Source of the DNA: Candidatus Binatia bacterium
Lineage (GTDB): Bacteria > Desulfobacterota > Binatia > UBA9968 > JAJDTQ01
Assembly (NCBI GenBank): GCA_963666515.2
Contig: OY762897.2
Coordinates: 4,288,001-4,352,000, forward strand
Direction: 5' to 3'
Length of the DNA: 64,000 nucleotides
Shown here: one piece after another, positions 30,221 to 39,232 of the stretch
Position numbering within the stretch: position 1 is the first letter of the stretch
Layout: every line of letters starts with the position of its first letter
Program-made: the position numbers and the translations under genes
The notes under the pieces: model-generated
Database searches by the model: none
What the model was told of the DNA's origin: nothing
Seen by the model: the letters and a program-made list of their open reading frames with translations, nothing else

Positions 30221-31461
30221 CAACGGTTTCCTCCCAACTGGCCGGAACTCCAGAGATTGCCGAGTGTGTAGTCCGGCGGCCACTTGGTGAGATCATCCTT
30301 GTCAAGCCGTCTCATCTCGGTTTGTCCGTCGTGCTTTTCGCAGACCACGACGCTCTCCGGTGTGTCGGTCAAGGCGTCTACAAGCACGTCCGAGTGGGTC
30401 GTCACGATCAGTTGACTGCGTTTGGATGCCGCGACCAGCAGGTCGGTCAACGTCGGCAACAAGTCCGGGTGGAGCCCGAGCTCCGGCTCCTCGATCACGA
30501 TCAGCGGCGGCGGTTCAGGATGCAGGAGGATCGCCAACAGACAAAGGTATCGGAGTGTCCCGTCCGACAGCCGCGTGACGGGTATCTCCCGGTTGTCGGA
30601 TTCCTCCAGGAACAGGGTCACCGTACCCCCTACCACCGGGCACTTGATGTCTACGATCCCGTCGTAGAGCTTTCTCAAAGCTGCAATGAGTTGCCTCTTG
30701 CTGTCGCTGGGAAAGTTGGACAGCACGGGTGCCAAGTTGGTGCATCCTTCGTTGAGGAAATCGGAGCGCTCGTGGGCGCTCGCCGGTTGGCGCAAGCTCG
30801 TGGCAAGGCCGAAGGACCAACGCCGGTAGAGGCGGATGCGTTCATACTCGCCTTTCAGATGCCAAAGGGCCGGGTATTCGGGAGTTGCAGCCCAGGCCAG
30901 GAACGACTTTTCCGGTTCAACCTCGCTCGCGAAGTCCACGGCGCCTGGGCGAAGTCGTGAAGCAACACGCGGGGTTGACCACTCACCGGGGCGTTGTTTT
31001 CGCTCGGCGTCCTTTCGTCGCGCCTCGGCGGTTGTTTTTGCGATCTCCGAGGCAGTCGCCGCATCCTGAGGAGGGCGGTAGTAGGACAAGCCGGCGCGTT
31101 CGTCGGTTTGGGTCCCCGACGGCTCGACCCGCTCGTTCGTGACCTCCGAACGGCCGTTTCGTCCGGCAATCGTAAGGGAATGCTTCAGGGTGCCGGAGGG
31201 CGGATAGCCGACGGTGGTTTCCATTGTGATGGATGACGGCGCATTGGGACCGCTCCACAACCACTCCCGAAATCCGCCGAGACGTGAGATCGATTCCGTA
31301 ATGCTGCGCGGTGCGGTTTGCAGGAGTGCAACTGCCTCCAGGAAGTTGGACTTCCCCGATCCGTTCGGTCCGATGAGGACGTTCAGCGGTTCCAAGGGCA
31401 AATCGACGCCCACAGGTCCGAATGACAGGAGACCGGCGACGTTCAATCTATGGATCAGCAT
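30217..31461 (-). CDS. AAA_21-type ABC ATPase (defence-associated)
   Basis: GPNGSGKSN, LSDGTLR, IEEPELGLHP, TTHS. Confidence 0.88.
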   Translation of the reverse strand: MLIHRLNVAGLLSFGPVGVDLPLEPLNVLIGPNGSGKSNFLEAVALLQTAPRSITESISRLGGFREWLWSGPNAPSSITMETTVGYPPSGTLKHSLTIAGRNGRSEVTNERVEPSGTQTDERAGLSYYRPPQDAATASEIAKTTAEARRKDAERKQRPGEWSTPRVASRLRPGAVDFASEVEPEKSFLAWAATPEYPALWHLKGEYERIRLYRRWSFGLATSLRQPASAHERSDFLNEGCTNLAPVLSNFPSDSKRQLIAALRKLYDGIVDIKCPVVGGTVTLFLEESDNREIPVTRLSDGTLRYLCLLAILLHPEPPPLIVIEEPELGLHPDLLPTLTDLLVAASKRSQLIVTTHSDVLVDALTDTPESVVVCEKHDGQTEMRRLDKDDLTKWPPDYTLGNLWSSGQLGGNRW

Positions 31462-31504
31462 TTGGCTCTATTCTGTCCGCACCTTTACGATTGCACCTGG
31501 GGCA

Positions 31505-32110
31505 TCATCTCGCCAGTGCGTAAAGGTATGGGTCAATGACCGTCTGCACGCGGCAGACTTCGGCAGCGCGCACGATTTCACTCACAGTCGTGATGTTTGA
31601 GCGAACGGCATCGTGTAGCGCCTCCATGGCGATGTCGAGACCGAACTTGTTTCTGTAGCGAAAACAGTCCACCACCGTTCGGGCCGGTGAGGTGATTCGG
31701 AACGGCACGCCCAGCGCCGACCTGTGCATCACGCCGTATTCGAGCATCGCACCAGAGAAGCGAAGGATGCGAACCTGGGCGGGAGGATGGGTGGGCTTGC
31801 GGGCCTTGCGGTCGATGGCGATCCAGACTTGATGAGGCAGTTGGGTCCCGATGTCATGAAAGAGAAGCGCCGTCAGCAGACACATGATGGCGTTGGGGAC
31901 GGCTGCCGCTACCATCGCGAGGGTCTCGAGCTCCGTTGGTTCGACCTCGGAGAGTCTGTAAAGCCCGTGCCCGAAGTTCTCGACGAGCCCCCTGGAAACC
32001 AAGTTCTGGAGTTGGCGATGCGAGACTCCCAGCGATGCAAGGTCTCGCGGCCGGAAGAATGTGCCGAGACCCGCTTCCCGTAGCTGGTTGGTATCGAGTT
32101 GATCGGCCAT
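31505..32110 (-). CDS. Second AbiEi-family antitoxin/regulator, no adjacent abiEii
   Basis: Paralogous to 28326-28931 (AGLGxFFRP, GLYRL, IGTQLPHQVWIAI, ITSPARTVVDCFR). Confidence 0.85.
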   Translation of the reverse strand: MADQLDTNQLREAGLGTFFRPRDLASLGVSHRQLQNLVSRGLVENFGHGLYRLSEVEPTELETLAMVAAAVPNAIMCLLTALLFHDIGTQLPHQVWIAIDRKARKPTHPPAQVRILRFSGAMLEYGVMHRSALGVPFRITSPARTVVDCFRYRNKFGLDIAMEALHDAVRSNITTVSEIVRAAEVCRVQTVIDPYLYALAR

Positions 32111-32128
32111 CTGCGTAGGATAACAGAT

Positions 32129-32154
32129 GTCGGCATAGCCTGCTAACTGCCGAC
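32129..32154. promoter_or_regulatory. Putative AbiEi operator (GTCGGCA-N12-TGCCGAC)
   Basis: Same inverted-repeat arms as upstream of the first abiEi. Confidence 0.65.
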
Positions 32155-32199
32155 AGTTGCTATTAGCGGTATCGCCGCAAAATCCGCTTCACAGGAGTT

Positions 32200-32698
32200 G
32201 AGGGCAAGGGGGCTGATTTCGGGGCACAGGGGGTGCAAGGCGAACAACGCCATTGCGCCGGAGGTTCGAGCGGAGATGCTGGCGCTGGTGCGGGAGCGTT
32301 ACGAGGATTTCTCACCGACCCTGGCAACGGAGAAGCTCCGGGAAGTGTACGGCCATCGGGTGTAGGCGGAGACCCTGTGCATGTGGATGGTCGAAGAGGG
32401 GCTGTGGTGGACACAGAGGGGCCGGGGGATGCGGGTGCATCAGAGCCGCCCCCGGCGCCAAGCACTGGACGAGTTGGTGCAGATCGACGGCTCTCCGCAC
32501 CGGTGGTTCGAGGACCGGGGGCCTTCCTGCACCCTGATCGTGTTCATCGACGACGCCACCAGTCAGCTCATGGCCCTGCGCTTCGTCGACAGTGCCCGGA
32601 CGCTTCAGCACAAGCACCCCAAACACAAACCCTCCCCAGACGACTCCTGGAACCGCTGGAAACGCCTTCTCCCCCACAAACGTCCCGGCTCCCCCTGA
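32200..32698 (+). pseudogene. ISNCY/IS1202-like (rve) transposase remnant
   Basis: RERYEDFSPTLATEKL, internal TAG, LVQIDGSPHRWFEDRG, VFIDDATS, then an abrupt jump to a C-terminal-like HKP; limits approximate. Confidence 0.7.
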
Positions 32699-32962
32699 CC
32701 CATGCCTCGGCTGGTTGGGTACTTCCTCAGTTTGAATCTGCCCTGAACAGGCCGACTGGTATACTGCTCTTTCGAGGACTGGGGAAAAACGGAGAAACTG
32801 CCTGGATGGAAAACTGATGGAGAACCGCAGATCCGCTACGCTCCACCGCTAGGTGCTGGGCCGGAGAGTTCAGGTTCAGGAGGGCAAAAAAGGGCGTAGG
32901 GGGTTGACCTCCGGTTTAGATTTAGCTAAACATATGTATCTTGGGTACGAGGCGAATATGTT

Positions 32963-33352
32963 TTGAGTGCGGGTGATCTGGTTGCAGCAGAAGGTGAGTG
33001 GGGTAGGGTCGTTTGGGCGACGGACGATTCCGGTAAAAGCCCTGCCCGGGAATTCTTTTTGCGGCAAAAAGATCAGGACCGCCACAGGGTTCTGGCTCTC
33101 TTCCGTCGGTTGGTGAAATTCGGGAATATCAAGAATCGTGACCGATTCAAGAAGCTCGACGATGTAGATGGGTGGGCTCTGTTTGAGTTCAAGTCCTACC
33201 AGCTCAGATTCATCGGGGCTTTTCGTCCAGGCGGGAACTTCATCATTGCCCATGCCCTTCGCAAGAAACAACCCAACCATAGGCGAAGGGACCTGGAGAC
33301 CGCGGCGAGAATACTAGAAGACTACACAGCAAGGAGGGATGCCCATGCGTGA
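32963..33352 (+). CDS. RelE/ParE-superfamily (Gp49-like) toxin
   Basis: GKSPAREFF, FKKL, LFEFK, LRFI, HALRKK; directly upstream of an HTH gene. Confidence 0.7.
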   Translation: MSAGDLVAAEGEWGRVVWATDDSGKSPAREFFLRQKDQDRHRVLALFRRLVKFGNIKNRDRFKKLDDVDGWALFEFKSYQLRFIGAFRPGGNFIIAHALRKKQPNHRRRDLETAARILEDYTARRDAHA

Positions 33353-33677
33353 GCGCGATAACGAGTCTGAACGCTTGATTCAGCAGGAAGAGTTGATCCT
33401 GGATGTCACGGAGACGATGGTTGAGGTCTTGGAGGAAGTCGGCGTGACCAGAAAAGTACTGGCGGAACGCCTGGGCTGCACTCTCGGCTACGTATCCCAA
33501 CTGCTGAGTGGAAAGAATCTCACCCTTCGGACGATTTCTGACGTTGCTTTCGTTCTCAATTTGAGGCCGTCTTTCGTCTTGACGCGGGAGGGTGCGGGGG
33601 AGGGTGCGGAAAACGTGCCGGTCGAGGCGCATACGGTGTGCTTGCCTGATTCGCGGCCACCCACTCCCTGTGAGTGA
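33345..33677 (+). CDS. XRE-family HTH antitoxin
   Basis: LAERLGCTLGYVSQLLSGKNLTLRTISDVA. Confidence 0.8.
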   Translation: MRERDNESERLIQQEELILDVTETMVEVLEEVGVTRKVLAERLGCTLGYVSQLLSGKNLTLRTISDVAFVLNLRPSFVLTREGAGEGAENVPVEAHTVCLPDSRPPTPCE

Positions 33678-33725
33678 AGGCCGGCCAGTCAACTACTGGC
33701 CGGAAGTCCAGTCCGCATGTCCTCC

Positions 33726-33753
33726 TGAACCGCCCCGGGTTTACCGGAGACTC
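33726..33753 (+). mobile_element. Orphan IS3-family terminal inverted repeat
   Basis: tgaaccgccccgggtttaccggagact resembles IS3/IS51-group ends; near-identical copy at 52183. Confidence 0.55.
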
Positions 33754-33860
33754 CAATCTTGAGAGGATGGGCTGGGTCGGGATTCTTACGACAATGCCCC
33801 GGGCCGGCAGCCAACAGGCATTTCAATCTCAGTTCAAGTGCAACACCAAGGTTGAAGTGG

Positions 33861-34193
33861 CTAACTGTCTTGAGCGACTCCCCATATAGACTGAAGAAGG
33901 CTTCTCAACTGGTTCCTGGCGAACGCGGGGGTGGCAGCGTGGTCCAGCCACCGAACCGCAACTTCCTCGGCTTGGGCAAACTGCTTGGCCTTGTAGTGCA
34001 GCGAGACCGCGCTCACCACAGAGATGCCGAGCGTCCGCGTTTTGGACGCGTCCAGGTCGGCAAGGGCACTTACCTCGGCATCGGCGGCACGGGCATACAA
34101 GTCGAAAGCTTCTTGCTTCCGACCTTCGCGCAGGGCCGCTTGTGCGTCAGAAGCCAGACGCTCACTGACCTCGTGGTGTTCGATCCAGGACAT
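33861..34193 (-). CDS. Hypothetical helical protein, possibly truncated
   Basis: MSWIEHHEVSERLAS... 110 aa, starts right after the hsdM fragment. Confidence 0.5.
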   Translation of the reverse strand: MSWIEHHEVSERLASDAQAALREGRKQEAFDLYARAADAEVSALADLDASKTRTLGISVVSAVSLHYKAKQFAQAEEVAVRWLDHAATPAFARNQLRSLLQSIWGVAQDS

Positions 34194-34194
34194 T

Positions 34195-34446
34195 GAGCTT
34201 GCTGATGGTGTTGTAGAAGGCGAAGCCCGAGGCCGTGCGAAGCGCTCCGTCCGGGTCATGCAGTCCGCGCTGGTTCAACTCCGCCTAGCGCTTGAGCGCC
34301 TCCCCCTTGGGGTCCGCCAGCACGCAGTCGAGCCGGCGCAGCACTGTCAGCGGCAGGATGACGTCCTGATACTTCCTGCGCTTGAAGCTGTCGCGGATCA
34401 GGTCCGCGACGCTCCAGAGGAAGCTGACGATCTCGCTGTGGTTCAT
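34195..34446 (-). pseudogene. 5' fragment of a second hsdM
   Basis: MNHSEIVSFLWSVADLIRDSFKRRKYQDVILPLTVLRRLDCVLAD near-identical to the start of hsdM at 43122; premature TAG and internal deletion. Confidence 0.88.
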
Positions 34447-34697
34447 GGGGCTACTCTTTCACCTGTCTTTCTCTGCGGCGGCTGCCTGTGACTGCTCGCC
34501 AAGCACACTGAGCCCCCAGACGAAGTCATGGTACCGTAGCCAGTGCGACAAGCGCAAACGGGGGCGTCAGAAAATTGGCACCTAACTAGAATCCTTGATC
34601 GACAGGATCTTGACTCAGGAAGACAAGATATTTGAACTGGACTTCGTTCGTACATGAATACTATCGTAGGCCATCGCGAGTTGTAACGCTCGGTAGT

Positions 34698-36305
34698 TTA
34701 AGCGACGAGCTTCGCCTCATCGCAAATGGCATCGAGGTTCCTGGTGATGGCGGCAAAGCGCCGATGGGTCTTGGTATTGCCGCTCACGGCGTCGGGCGCA
34801 AGATGGGCCAGGCCGGGGCGAAGGATGCGGTTGTAGACACGCGTGTAGAACATCGCCACCTTGAGGCCGTGTTCGGTCAAGTGGTAGCGGTAGGCGCCGG
34901 GGATGCGCTCGATCAGGCCGTGCAGGCGCAGGCGTCTCAGGTCGTAACTCATTCGGCCCGGGCGCATTGGACTGGGATCGAGGCCCAGGAGTGCACCGAG
35001 GTGCCCGCGCAGGTCGCGGTTGGAGAAGCCGCGGGCCGAAAGAGTGAACAAGAGCAGGGCCTGCATCAGAGCCTGCACGCGCTCATCGGCGAAGCGCAGG
35101 GCCGAGGCGCGTTGTCCGTGGAACTCCAGGCCGCGTTGATGGCGTTGGAGTTCGTCTTCACCCAGGGCACAGTCGTGGCTGATGGTTTCTATCTGCAACA
35201 GACGACGGTTGGCTGTGAAGCCGACCTGGCACAACGCCGCCAGGTTAGACAGCCGCCGGCCCAGGGCGAAGTCATAGGTGTCGTTGACGGTGGTCTCGGT
35301 GCGCAGCGCCTGCCCTTCCTTGTGGTACTGCTTGATGCGCGAGTGCTTGTAGTCCACGTGCAAGGAAGGGGTGACGCCTGCGGTGATGACCCGGGTACGG
35401 AACCGACCGGGGGTGCGCCGGGTGACCCGGCGCTGGAAGATCAACTGCACCTGGCTGGGGCGACCGAGATCGAGGTTCTCGCGGATCACGTCCTCGAAAA
35501 AGACGCGGCCCGAGGCCGGGCGGTCGAGCACCTGGGTCAGGCTGAACTCCGCTTGCAGGATGGAGATGTCGTAGCGCAGACCGGCGCGACGGTCCTGAGG
35601 CGTATACGGATGCGGCAGGCGATCGAACCACTTGCGCGCCAGTCTGTCGATGAAAGCGGCATCGAAGCCTTCGCAGATCTGTTGCAGCGCCTCGGGGTCT
35701 CCGCAGCAGCGCACGCCGTTGTCCAAAGCCTCGAACGGGATGCCGCGCTCGCGCAACTGGCACTTGGCGTACTCGTTGCCGTTGAGGCACAGCTTGCCGT
35801 TGTACGGGAAGTAGGTGCAGAACTTGATGAAGAACGGCCCCGCCTGTTTGTCCACGCAATAGAAATACACATGGTTGACCATCGCGGTAGACGAGACCAC
35901 CCACGGATAGGTGACCCCGGTGTCCGGGTTCCGGCGCCGCTCGGTGCGCATCACACGGGCCTTCTCCTGCGCTATCCCGATGTACAAAACCCCTTCGGTT
36001 CCCTTGAACCGCCCCAGGTACTCCTGCGTCACCTCGTCCTTGCGCTGGCCCTTCTTGAAGTGCACCACCTCGATCTGCTCCCGCTCCGCAAAGTCCTTCA
36101 CCGCCTGCACGAACTCCCGACTCTTGGGCGCCAGCGCCACCGTCGACGCAAACCGCTGGCCATGGTGCTTGTGCAGATACCCCACTACCCCGCCCACGCT
36201 CTGCAACTGCGGCACATACAGGTTCAAGTACAGGCGATCCACCGACTCGTATTCCAGCGTCACGTGATCGCGCAATACTTCCGCTACGGTTTGTGGTAGG
36301 CTCAT
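34698..36305 (-). CDS. 535-aa putative transposase/replication-initiator-like protein with C-terminal winged HTH
   Basis: MSLPQTVAEVL start; IKQYHKEGQALRTETT motif; C-terminal GFSNRDLR...SYDLRRLRLHGLIERIPGAYRYHLT; no DDE, HUH or recombinase motif recognised. Confidence 0.7.
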   Translation of the reverse strand: MSLPQTVAEVLRDHVTLEYESVDRLYLNLYVPQLQSVGGVVGYLHKHHGQRFASTVALAPKSREFVQAVKDFAEREQIEVVHFKKGQRKDEVTQEYLGRFKGTEGVLYIGIAQEKARVMRTERRRNPDTGVTYPWVVSSTAMVNHVYFYCVDKQAGPFFIKFCTYFPYNGKLCLNGNEYAKCQLRERGIPFEALDNGVRCCGDPEALQQICEGFDAAFIDRLARKWFDRLPHPYTPQDRRAGLRYDISILQAEFSLTQVLDRPASGRVFFEDVIRENLDLGRPSQVQLIFQRRVTRRTPGRFRTRVITAGVTPSLHVDYKHSRIKQYHKEGQALRTETTVNDTYDFALGRRLSNLAALCQVGFTANRRLLQIETISHDCALGEDELQRHQRGLEFHGQRASALRFADERVQALMQALLLFTLSARGFSNRDLRGHLGALLGLDPSPMRPGRMSYDLRRLRLHGLIERIPGAYRYHLTEHGLKVAMFYTRVYNRILRPGLAHLAPDAVSGNTKTHRRFAAITRNLDAICDEAKLVA

Positions 36306-36309
36306 GTCC

Positions 36310-36451
36310 GGCTCCGGTTGCTTCGGGCTTTTATGCCCATTTGACCCTTTGAGGTCCGACCTTGCAAGGTCCCATGACCAGGGATTCAATCCCTGCTACA
36401 AGCGACCGGAGCCAATCCCCTTACCCCCTCGTCGGTCTGAGGCGAAGCCTC
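36310..36451 (-). other. Multi-branched structured leader (RNA or ssDNA)
   Basis: 14-bp closing stem 36310-36323/36400-36413 enclosing four hairpins, plus a terminal hairpin at 36439-36451. Confidence 0.65.
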
Positions 36452-36493
36452 GCTAGTTGATTTGACATGTAATTTGGGAATTATAAAGAATAC

Positions 36494-36522
36494 TTGACAG
36501 CCCCTCCGTAATCCTGTATGCT
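36494..36522 (+). promoter_or_regulatory. Sigma70-like promoter of the IS1595 transposase
   Basis: TTGACA-17 bp-TATGCT overlapping the left TIR. Confidence 0.6.
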
Positions 36523-36550
36523 CATTACATCAACTCAAGGGAGCACGGCA

Positions 36551-37537
36551 ATGGGCAAACAGAAGGCACCGGGCAAGAGTTACCGCAAGGGGTTGTCGGT
36601 ATTCGAGCTGTTCGAGATGTTCCCGGACGAGGCGGCGGCGCGCCGCTGGTTCGAGGGCGTCCGGTGGGCTGCTGGCCGGTACTGCGGGCACTGCGGGTCC
36701 GACGACACGCATGAGGTTCCCAACGAGAAGCCCATGCCGTACCGCTGCCGGACCTGCCGCAAGTACTTCAGCGTGAAGGTCGGGACCCCGATGGAGTCCA
36801 GCAAGCTCCCGCTCCGCAAGTGGGTGGTCGCCATGTACCTGATGACCACGAACCTGAAGGGCGTCTCCAGCATGAAGATTCACCGGGACCTGAAGGTCAG
36901 CCAGCCCACGGCCTGGTTCATGATTCACCGTATCCGTGAGACGTGGAACGCCGAAGGCGGCAAGCCGTTCCGTGGCCCGGTCGAAGTGGACGAGACGTAC
37001 ATGGGCGGCAAGGAGAAGAACAAGCACTCCAGCAAGAAGTCCAAGGCCGGGCGCGGAGCCGTGGGCAAGACCGCGGTGGTTGGCATGAAGGACCGCGACA
37101 CCAACACCGTCAGCGCCGAGGTGATAGAGAGCGCCGATGGACTGACCCTGAAAGAGTTCGTGCTGGATCAGACCGGCCCGAGAACGCGCGTGTTCACGGA
37201 CGAGCACAAGGGCTACCAGGGGCTGCCGAACCACCAGACCGTCAAGCACTCGGTCGGCGAGTACGTGGACGGCATGGCGCACACCAACGGGATCGAGTCC
37301 TTCTGGTCGTTGCTCAAGCGTGGCTACAAGGGCACCTACCACAAGATGAGCGCCAAGCACCTTCAGCGGTATGTCAACGAGTTCTCCGGGCGGCACAACG
37401 TCCGGTCCAGGGACACCCTGGAACAGATGGCGGCTATCGCCCGCGGGTTCACCGGGAAGCGGCTCCGGCTCCAGGACCTCACCGGCGCGCCGGACAAGGA
37501 CGTGCCGGTAGCGGATGCTGGCAGCGATGTGTTCTAA
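36551..37537 (+). CDS. IS1595-family transposase
   Basis: Zn ribbon CGHC...CRTC, VEVDETY, FTDE, HTNGIESFWSLLKRG, YVNEF. Confidence 0.93.
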   Translation: MGKQKAPGKSYRKGLSVFELFEMFPDEAAARRWFEGVRWAAGRYCGHCGSDDTHEVPNEKPMPYRCRTCRKYFSVKVGTPMESSKLPLRKWVVAMYLMTTNLKGVSSMKIHRDLKVSQPTAWFMIHRIRETWNAEGGKPFRGPVEVDETYMGGKEKNKHSSKKSKAGRGAVGKTAVVGMKDRDTNTVSAEVIESADGLTLKEFVLDQTGPRTRVFTDEHKGYQGLPNHQTVKHSVGEYVDGMAHTNGIESFWSLLKRGYKGTYHKMSAKHLQRYVNEFSGRHNVRSRDTLEQMAAIARGFTGKRLRLQDLTGAPDKDVPVADAGSDVF

Positions 37538-37740
37538 GCTCTCGTCATCTCCGCGCGCGCCTTCGCCTTTTCGTGCTCCCATGCTTCATGTAGAAGCTCC
37601 CACGCAACAACAACGCGCGCCAGTCCGGTTAACGGACTCGGCTGTTCGTTGGGAGCGGCCTGCCTCTGGATGGCCGTGCTGTAGCGGTCATCCGCCACAT
37701 CCATGCGGTAGTTGAACTCGGCTTCCGTGAACCACGCCAT
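37534..37740 (-). CDS. Small hypothetical passenger protein
   Basis: 68 aa, GGAGG SD upstream, converges on the transposase stop. Confidence 0.45.
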   Translation of the reverse strand: MAWFTEAEFNYRMDVADDRYSTAIQRQAAPNEQPSPLTGLARVVVAWELLHEAWEHEKAKARAEMTRA

Positions 37741-38222
37741 AAGGCACCTCCGCGTCTAGTTGTGGAGGTGGTTGACAGGGTACACGGGATGCGTTACAAG
37801 GGAGGGGTCACGCCATGACACACCTCGCCTTGTAGGCACCTCCCTGCCAACTCCCTCGGTTGACAAGGACGACATAGAGCCCCTGGTTGCAGCCGGGGGT
37901 TTTGTCGTTCTGGCCAGTGTATCACGGCTCTCCAGTTCCGCAAGTTTCTCCTTGCCATCCGGCCCGTTCCGGTCTAGTCTCGCACCCGACCCATCATTCA
38001 GCGCAGGTCCCTGTGTCGGGTCCTTCGCGGAATACAAGAGCCCGTCCATGGTGCGGAGTAGCTTCCCGCACCTGGGTGAATACGCGGAACATTCACCAGC
38101 CTGTGCTGATGATGGGTCAACGGCCCGGCAATCCCGCCGGGTCGCGGCTCAGCAACGGCGCCTTGCCCACCGGGATGGATTCAACGGAACACCCACCGGG
38201 TTCCCCGCCAAGGAGGTGTTCC

Positions 38223-38807
38223 ATGCGCGCCCTTCTCGCCACCCTCACGGTGGTCTTGTTCTCGTATGCCTCGGCATTCGCCCATACGCCGCAAAAATGC
38301 GTGGCGCTGTTCCACGAAGCGGCGAAGATCAACCAGGACGCGGTTGACTGGGGCGAGCGCGTGCAGGGGACCAGCCTTGAAATGCTGGACAGCCGCGTCG
38401 GCTCTCACCGCGACCGCTACCGCCGCTACGACAGCAACCGCGTCGAAAAGCATGCCGATCTGCTCGCTCAGTTTTGGGGACGGCTCACGAAGCGTGACCT
38501 AGCCATCGCCGAAGCGGTGAAGTGCGTGGACGGGCAAGGCGCGACACCGGCCAAGGCCAAGGCGCCCGACTACCGTGCGGAGATCATCGAACACGCCATC
38601 GAGCCATGCCTTCTGGCAAAAGTTCGGCAGCAGGGACTGGACAAGACACTGGGGGAAGCGAAGGCGCTATCCCTCATGAAGCTGATGACGAAGAAATCCA
38701 CGGAGAGGTCCGTCCGGGCCTTGGAGCCCATTGTCCGTGGCAAGAACTGGAAGAGTCGAAAGGCTCTCTACGGCCAGAGCGCGGCAATCTGCGCCAAGTC
38801 GAAGTGA
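38223..38807 (+). CDS. Secreted Cys-containing hypothetical passenger protein
   Basis: AAGGAGG SD; signal peptide MRALLATLTVVLFSYASAFA; four Cys. Confidence 0.7.
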   Translation: MRALLATLTVVLFSYASAFAHTPQKCVALFHEAAKINQDAVDWGERVQGTSLEMLDSRVGSHRDRYRRYDSNRVEKHADLLAQFWGRLTKRDLAIAEAVKCVDGQGATPAKAKAPDYRAEIIEHAIEPCLLAKVRQQGLDKTLGEAKALSLMKLMTKKSTERSVRALEPIVRGKNWKSRKALYGQSAAICAKSK

Positions 38808-38814
38808 GGTTCCC

Positions 38815-39219
38815 ATGCTCATTCTCGTCTTGCTGTTGTCGTCAGGCTTGGCTCACGGCGCGGGGATCGAGGTTCCGGCCCGCGTCGTGAGCGTCTACGA
38901 CGGCGACACGGTGAAGGTGGAAGCCGCCATGTGGCCCGGCATGACCTGGAACGGCAGCGTTCGCGTCCGCGGCGTCGATACCCCGGAACTCCGTGGCAAG
39001 TGCGAAGCCGAGAAGGTCAAGGCCAAGGTGGCCCGCGACTTCGTGCGCGTCCGGATCGGCAAGCGGGTGGTACTGACCGACGTTCAGAAGGGCAAGTACG
39101 CCGGACGCGTGGTCGCGGGAATCAGGCTGGCGGACGGGTCCGACCTGACAGCCTTACTGATCCGGCAAGGCCACGGACGACCTTATGGCGGCGGACGGCG
39201 GCGCGGGTGGTGCCCATGA
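38815..39219 (+). CDS. Thermonuclease (SNase-like) family protein with signal peptide
   Basis: VVSVYDGDT, VRVRGVDTPE, GKYAGRVVA, LIRQGHG. Confidence 0.85.
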   Translation: MLILVLLLSSGLAHGAGIEVPARVVSVYDGDTVKVEAAMWPGMTWNGSVRVRGVDTPELRGKCEAEKVKAKVARDFVRVRIGKRVVLTDVQKGKYAGRVVAGIRLADGSDLTALLIRQGHGRPYGGGRRRGWCP

Positions 39220-39232
39220 CCCAAGGGCGGTT

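Larger units (their letters stand above)
34586..36456 (-). mobile_element. Putative TIR-less mobile element bounded by CTAG
   Basis: CTAG at 34586-34589 and 36453-36456; hairpins at both ends; single large ORF; empty site would read aaCTAGtt. Confidence 0.55.

Noticed and set aside
37756-38049. 97-aa ORF inside IS1595
   Set aside because: No motif, several competing overlapping frames; cannot be supported as a gene
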